NCBI GenBank assembly: GCA_963758525.1 | Contig: CAVWVQ010000003.1 | Coordinates: forward strand, 2,720,001-2,784,000 | DNA from: an uncultured Phycisphaerales bacterium | Lineage (GTDB): Bacteria; Planctomycetota; Phycisphaerae; Tepidisphaerales; Tepidisphaeraceae | Length of the DNA stretch: 64,000 bases | Direction: 5' to 3' | Shown here: piece by piece, positions 60,416 through 64,000 of the stretch | Position numbering within the stretch: the stretch's first letter is position 1 | How the letters are laid out: every line of letters begins with the position of its first letter | The notes under the pieces: generated by a model | Database searches by the model: none | The model's input: only the letters and a program-made list of their open reading frames with translations | Told to the model about the DNA's origin: nothing | Made by a program: the position numbers and the translations under genes

Positions 60416-61523
60416 CATCCCGCGGAAAGAAACGGTCACGGAAAGCCAAAGCTGGAAATTCAACGATCTTCGCGATCAACGCGCCGCAAATTGCGCAGGC
60501 GGCAATGGCGCTTGCCGCATAGATCGGCATGGAAACGCTGCTGGGCACGAGTCGATTCATCAGATCGAGTTCGCCAGCCATCCAACCCAGAACGAGGCGG
60601 TGATAGAGATAAATGGAGTAGCTGAACCAGCCGATCGCCGCGATCAAATTGATCGGCCACAGCGCCAGAGGATGACGTGAGACCGGAAGATGCAGGGCCG
60701 CGAGGAGTATCAGGCCATATCCCCAGGCGAGCATTGAGAAACCGATCGTGATGACGAATCGGCTATGCTCCAATCGAAATACTGCCATCGGCACGATCAA
60801 CGCACCCCCAATCGCCAGCAAGAGCAACGGGCGGGCGCAAAACCTCCGCAGTGACTGAGGATGAAAATGATGGAGATAGCTTAAGAAAACGCCAAAGAAA
60901 AGGCTGTCGATTCGAAGGTGAGTGCGATAGACGTGAGTCGGATACGTAAACGGCCGGTTCATATTGGCGATTCGCAGCGACAAACAAACAACCGAGAGGG
61001 CGATCGTGATTGCCACGACCGCTGGGCCGAGCCACGACCTGGGGATTCCAAAGGACAAGCCAAACAGTACCAGCGGCAGTGCCAGGTAGAAATGTTCTTC
61101 CAGTGCGAGCGACCAGGTGTGGTCGGTGTATGCGTTGTTGGGGTAGTAGTTTTGAACGTGCAGCAGATTGTGCCAGGTCACCGTGTCCCCCGATCCCCTT
61201 GTGATTAAATAGACCGCCAGCAGAAAGACGTAATACGATGGCCAGATCTTGAAAGCGCGGCGGATCAGGAATCGCCCCACATTCAGACGGCCGGTGAACT
61301 TCATTTCCTGGAACAGCAGCCCGCCGATCAAGAAGCCGCTGAGAATGAGAAATAAGTCGACGCCGGTCCAACCGAACCTTGCAAGCGTTCCCACCACCAG
61401 CCAACTCAATCCAGTTAATTTAGCGCTCAGCGGCAGGTGCCTGAATATCACGAGAATGATGGCGACCCCGCGCAGGAAATCCAATTGCACAATTCGCTTG
61501 TTCCGGATCACCGTCCAATCCAT
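60360..61523 (-). CDS. Acyltransferase family 3 (OafA-like)
   Basis: LDFLRGVAI..V..RH, GVDLF..LSGFLI, RRAFKIWP, HTWSLALEEHFY, SYSIYLYH. Confidence 0.93.
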   Translation of the reverse strand: MDWTVIRNKRIVQLDFLRGVAIILVIFRHLPLSAKLTGLSWLVVGTLARFGWTGVDLFLILSGFLIGGLLFQEMKFTGRLNVGRFLIRRAFKIWPSYYVFLLAVYLITRGSGDTVTWHNLLHVQNYYPNNAYTDHTWSLALEEHFYLALPLVLFGLSFGIPRSWLGPAVVAITIALSVVCLSLRIANMNRPFTYPTHVYRTHLRIDSLFFGVFLSYLHHFHPQSLRRFCARPLLLLAIGGALIVPMAVFRLEHSRFVITIGFSMLAWGYGLILLAALHLPVSRHPLALWPINLIAAIGWFSYSIYLYHRLVLGWMAGELDLMNRLVPSSVSMPIYAASAIAACAICGALIAKIVEFPALAFRDRFFPRDGRAGFIPLFFRRANKSAG

Positions 61524-61705
61524 TCTTCGCCAGGCAGAATGACGTGTCTGCGTCGATTCCGCCCTGTGAAACCGACAACAGTGTCGGCCATTGCGGCGCG
61601 GGCTTGCAGCCCGCTCCTCAGAGGGGTCGGGCGGAGCCGGCAGCGTACTTTAGCAGTATAAGGCTCGCGTTACGTTCGCGTTACATTTAATTCTTCCGCC
61701 TGCAA

Positions 61706-62615
61706 CTACTTTTCGAATGATGCCGCCGCCTCGGTTTCGGCGGCTTCGGGCGCATGCGTCTCGGTGGGATAGAACTCGCCGCCAAACGCCTTGTTTGTCT
61801 CTTCCGGGGGCGCAAACGCTGTCACATCCGGCAACGCGGTCAGCCGCTGGATCGCGGCCGGCAGCGGTTTCTCCAGGGGCAACAGCGGCGCTCCCGGTTC
61901 CCCCTCGCGCAACTGCCACTCGTAGTAGGCGATCAGATCAAGCACCACATTCAGTTTGGCCAGCGCCTCATCGGCCTCTTTCTTCCAGTCGTGTTTGGGC
62001 TTCGGAACCAGCGCCAGCGTAGCCAGCAGCTCCAGTCGCTGCTGCCGCCCGAACCCGGCCCCGGTCAGCAGCCGCGACGTCACCGGCCAGACGCCGCCGA
62101 CCAGGAAGGTCGAGCCGGCAATCCACAGCGCTGCCGACACCGCGGGAATTTCATACCACGCGTAGCGGTAGTGGAAGCCGCGCGCGGCCGGCTGGCGCTC
62201 GACGGCGCCAAGCAGATCGCGCACGCTCGCATGCTTGGAGGCGGAGATCGTCGGATCCAGCGGATGATACGGATCGTCCGCCCGGAACTTGGCCGGCGCC
62301 GTCAGCACCGAATCGGTCATTGGGCTGTGCCGGTTGTTCGGGTCGGAATGCACACGGATCGTGCGCAGTCCATTGTGCGGTGATCCAGTACCCTCCCGAT
62401 GCGTCCTTCGGGTGCACCACGACATTCGCCAGCGCCGGCCGGGCACTGACGGTGCTCTCCAGCAGCGCCGCTTCGAACTGCGCCTGCCCCATCGTCCTGT
62501 CGCGGCTCGCCATCCAATCGCGCGACGAACTCGGGCCCAGAAACGCCAGCAACACGCCCGCGATCGCTCCGATCGCGATCCAGTGCCACGTCTTGAGGTC
62601 CAGAATCCAAGCCAT
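61706..62615 (-). CDS. Membrane hypothetical protein (frameshift near 62350)
   Basis: ORFs 62151-62660 and 61706-62722 join; TM segments; FGGEFYPT tail. Confidence 0.6.
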
Positions 62616-62732
62616 CTTCGCCCCGCACTCCCAGGTGAATGTGCGCGGGTACGCACACATGCTAGAATGGACGGTGCCCGAGGACGGGCGGCTAAACGGC
62701 CCAAGATTGCGGGAATTCGCAAGCAGGGGCGG

Positions 62733-63452
62733 CTATGGTCCCTGCACCTGATCCCACGTCGCCAGTTCGTTCACGTCATACGTCATCGCCGAAACGTCAA
62801 ACGCCCGGAAACACGCCACGTGCCCGTCGGCAAACAGCACGTTGTTCCCGTCCCGATGAATGTTCAATCCGCCCGGCTCATTGGCAAAGAGCATGTGCTC
62901 CCAGACCTCATCGCTCTTGTCCACGTCCACCGTCGTGTACGTCGCGATCCCAAACGGCGGAATGTACGCCCTGGCCCCCGTGCAATCCCCGCTGAGGATG
63001 TACTGCGAAGAACGCTTCACATCCGAGAACTTGATGTTGTGCCGATCCTGCAGCTTCGACCATCTCGCCTCCAGGAAATAATTCATCGGCGTCTCCGGCG
63101 GAAACGACGGGCAGTTGTAGATCGCCGAATCCGGCTTCTGCCCGAACGTCAGCGCAAGCTCCTCCGTCCAGGCCAGTCCCGCCTCATCCTCCGGCGAAGA
63201 CCCGTCGGGATACACGTTCCAGCCCGACCAGCTTGGCAGGCTTCCTTTGTAGACATTGGCATACTCGAACAGCGCCTGCCCGATCTGCCGCAGGTTCGAC
63301 TGGCACTGAATCATCTTCGCCTGCTCACGCGACGACGCCAGAGCGGGAAGGAGCAACGCGGTTAGAAGGCCGATGAGGCCGATCACGACGATTAGCTCCA
63401 CGAGCGAGAAGCCGCGAGTTGCAATCATCTTTGGAGTTTTCCTGCCAAGCAT
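62733..63452 (-). CDS. Prepilin-type N-terminal methylation protein with H-X9-DG motif (DUF1559-like)
   Basis: GFSLVELIVVIGLIGLLTALLLPAL..REQA...C.SNLRQIG; HRDGNNVLFADGHV. Confidence 0.93.
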   Translation of the reverse strand: MLGRKTPKMIATRGFSLVELIVVIGLIGLLTALLLPALASSREQAKMIQCQSNLRQIGQALFEYANVYKGSLPSWSGWNVYPDGSSPEDEAGLAWTEELALTFGQKPDSAIYNCPSFPPETPMNYFLEARWSKLQDRHNIKFSDVKRSSQYILSGDCTGARAYIPPFGIATYTTVDVDKSDEVWEHMLFANEPGGLNIHRDGNNVLFADGHVACFRAFDVSAMTYDVNELATWDQVQGP

Positions 63453-63643
63453 ACCCGCTCCCAAGGCGTTTGACCGCTGTCTATTCTTTCCACCAGGGAA
63501 GTTTTGGGGTGACCGCGTCGTCACCCTCGGCGGAGGCCCGGACGAAATCATCATCGAGCAAAATGGCTACCGGCGTGGTCGCGAACCGGTCGCGCGTACG
63601 GCTTGACGACCCGACACTCGCTCCAAGATACTTTGGCCGCTTG

Positions 63644-63970
63644 TCATTTAGGTTCTGAGATACCAGCAGCCTTCAAAAGCTCGGAAGCGAATGTGTCATA
63701 TGCGATCTGCTCGAGCGGCGATCGCCCTTTAACTGAATATTGCCGATATTCTAACCACAGCGATTGCTCAGTCCTGTCGGTGCCCAATTCCTTAAATACA
63801 GGATTACCGACTCGCGCTAAATCCAAATATTTTCTGCACGCATCTTCAAGGCGCGATGGTGGACCTGTACTTTGCAATGATAGAGACTTTTCAAGCATTG
63901 CCGCCACCGCGTTGATCGCGGTTTCTTTATGACCATTTGACGGCCACTTGTACCTAATCCGCAGGTCCAT
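63644..63970 (-). CDS. Hypothetical protein (may extend beyond the window)
   Basis: 108 aa ORF in lower-GC sequence. Confidence 0.4.
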   Translation of the reverse strand: MDLRIRYKWPSNGHKETAINAVAAMLEKSLSLQSTGPPSRLEDACRKYLDLARVGNPVFKELGTDRTEQSLWLEYRQYSVKGRSPLEQIAYDTFASELLKAAGISEPK

Positions 63971-64000
63971 GACAATGAAATCAATGGCTGCCTGACGCCT

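Overview
GC-rich bacterial window, most consistent with a planctomycete of the Phycisphaerae/Tepidisphaera type. This is inferred from an H-X9-DG prepilin protein, a YdjY-like protein and CxxCGYxL...CPEC zinc-ribbon membrane proteins. About 1-46.3 kb is an accessory island. About 46.6-64 kb is ordinary chromosomal content: glycosyltransferases, nfeD-floA, a glycoside hydrolase, an acyltransferase and REP-like palindromes. The island core (about 17.3-42.0 kb) is a long, mostly minus-strand gene run resembling an integrated element, with no integrase, relaxase or T4SS visible in this window. It carries a PD-(D/E)XK nuclease and a four-gene ubiquitin-like conjugation cassette (Ubl ending GA, E2-like protein fused to a multi-CxxC zinc domain, JAB protease, ThiF/E1). 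It also carries a WGR-DNA ligase, a mini-ComM, a two-domain beta-clamp-like protein, a GHKL-HExxH protein, DUF1257/DUF2997 and a Ycf46-like AAA ATPase, plus several tandem-duplicated unknown small genes. Two decayed copies of the AAA gene lie at about 8.5-9.1 kb and 15.5 kb. A truncated class C group II intron sits in a GTAG-type REP palindrome. Many single-base frameshifts, including in housekeeping genes, suggest uncorrected long-read indels, so split genes are not necessarily pseudogenes. All family calls come from motif recognition by eye, not database searches.
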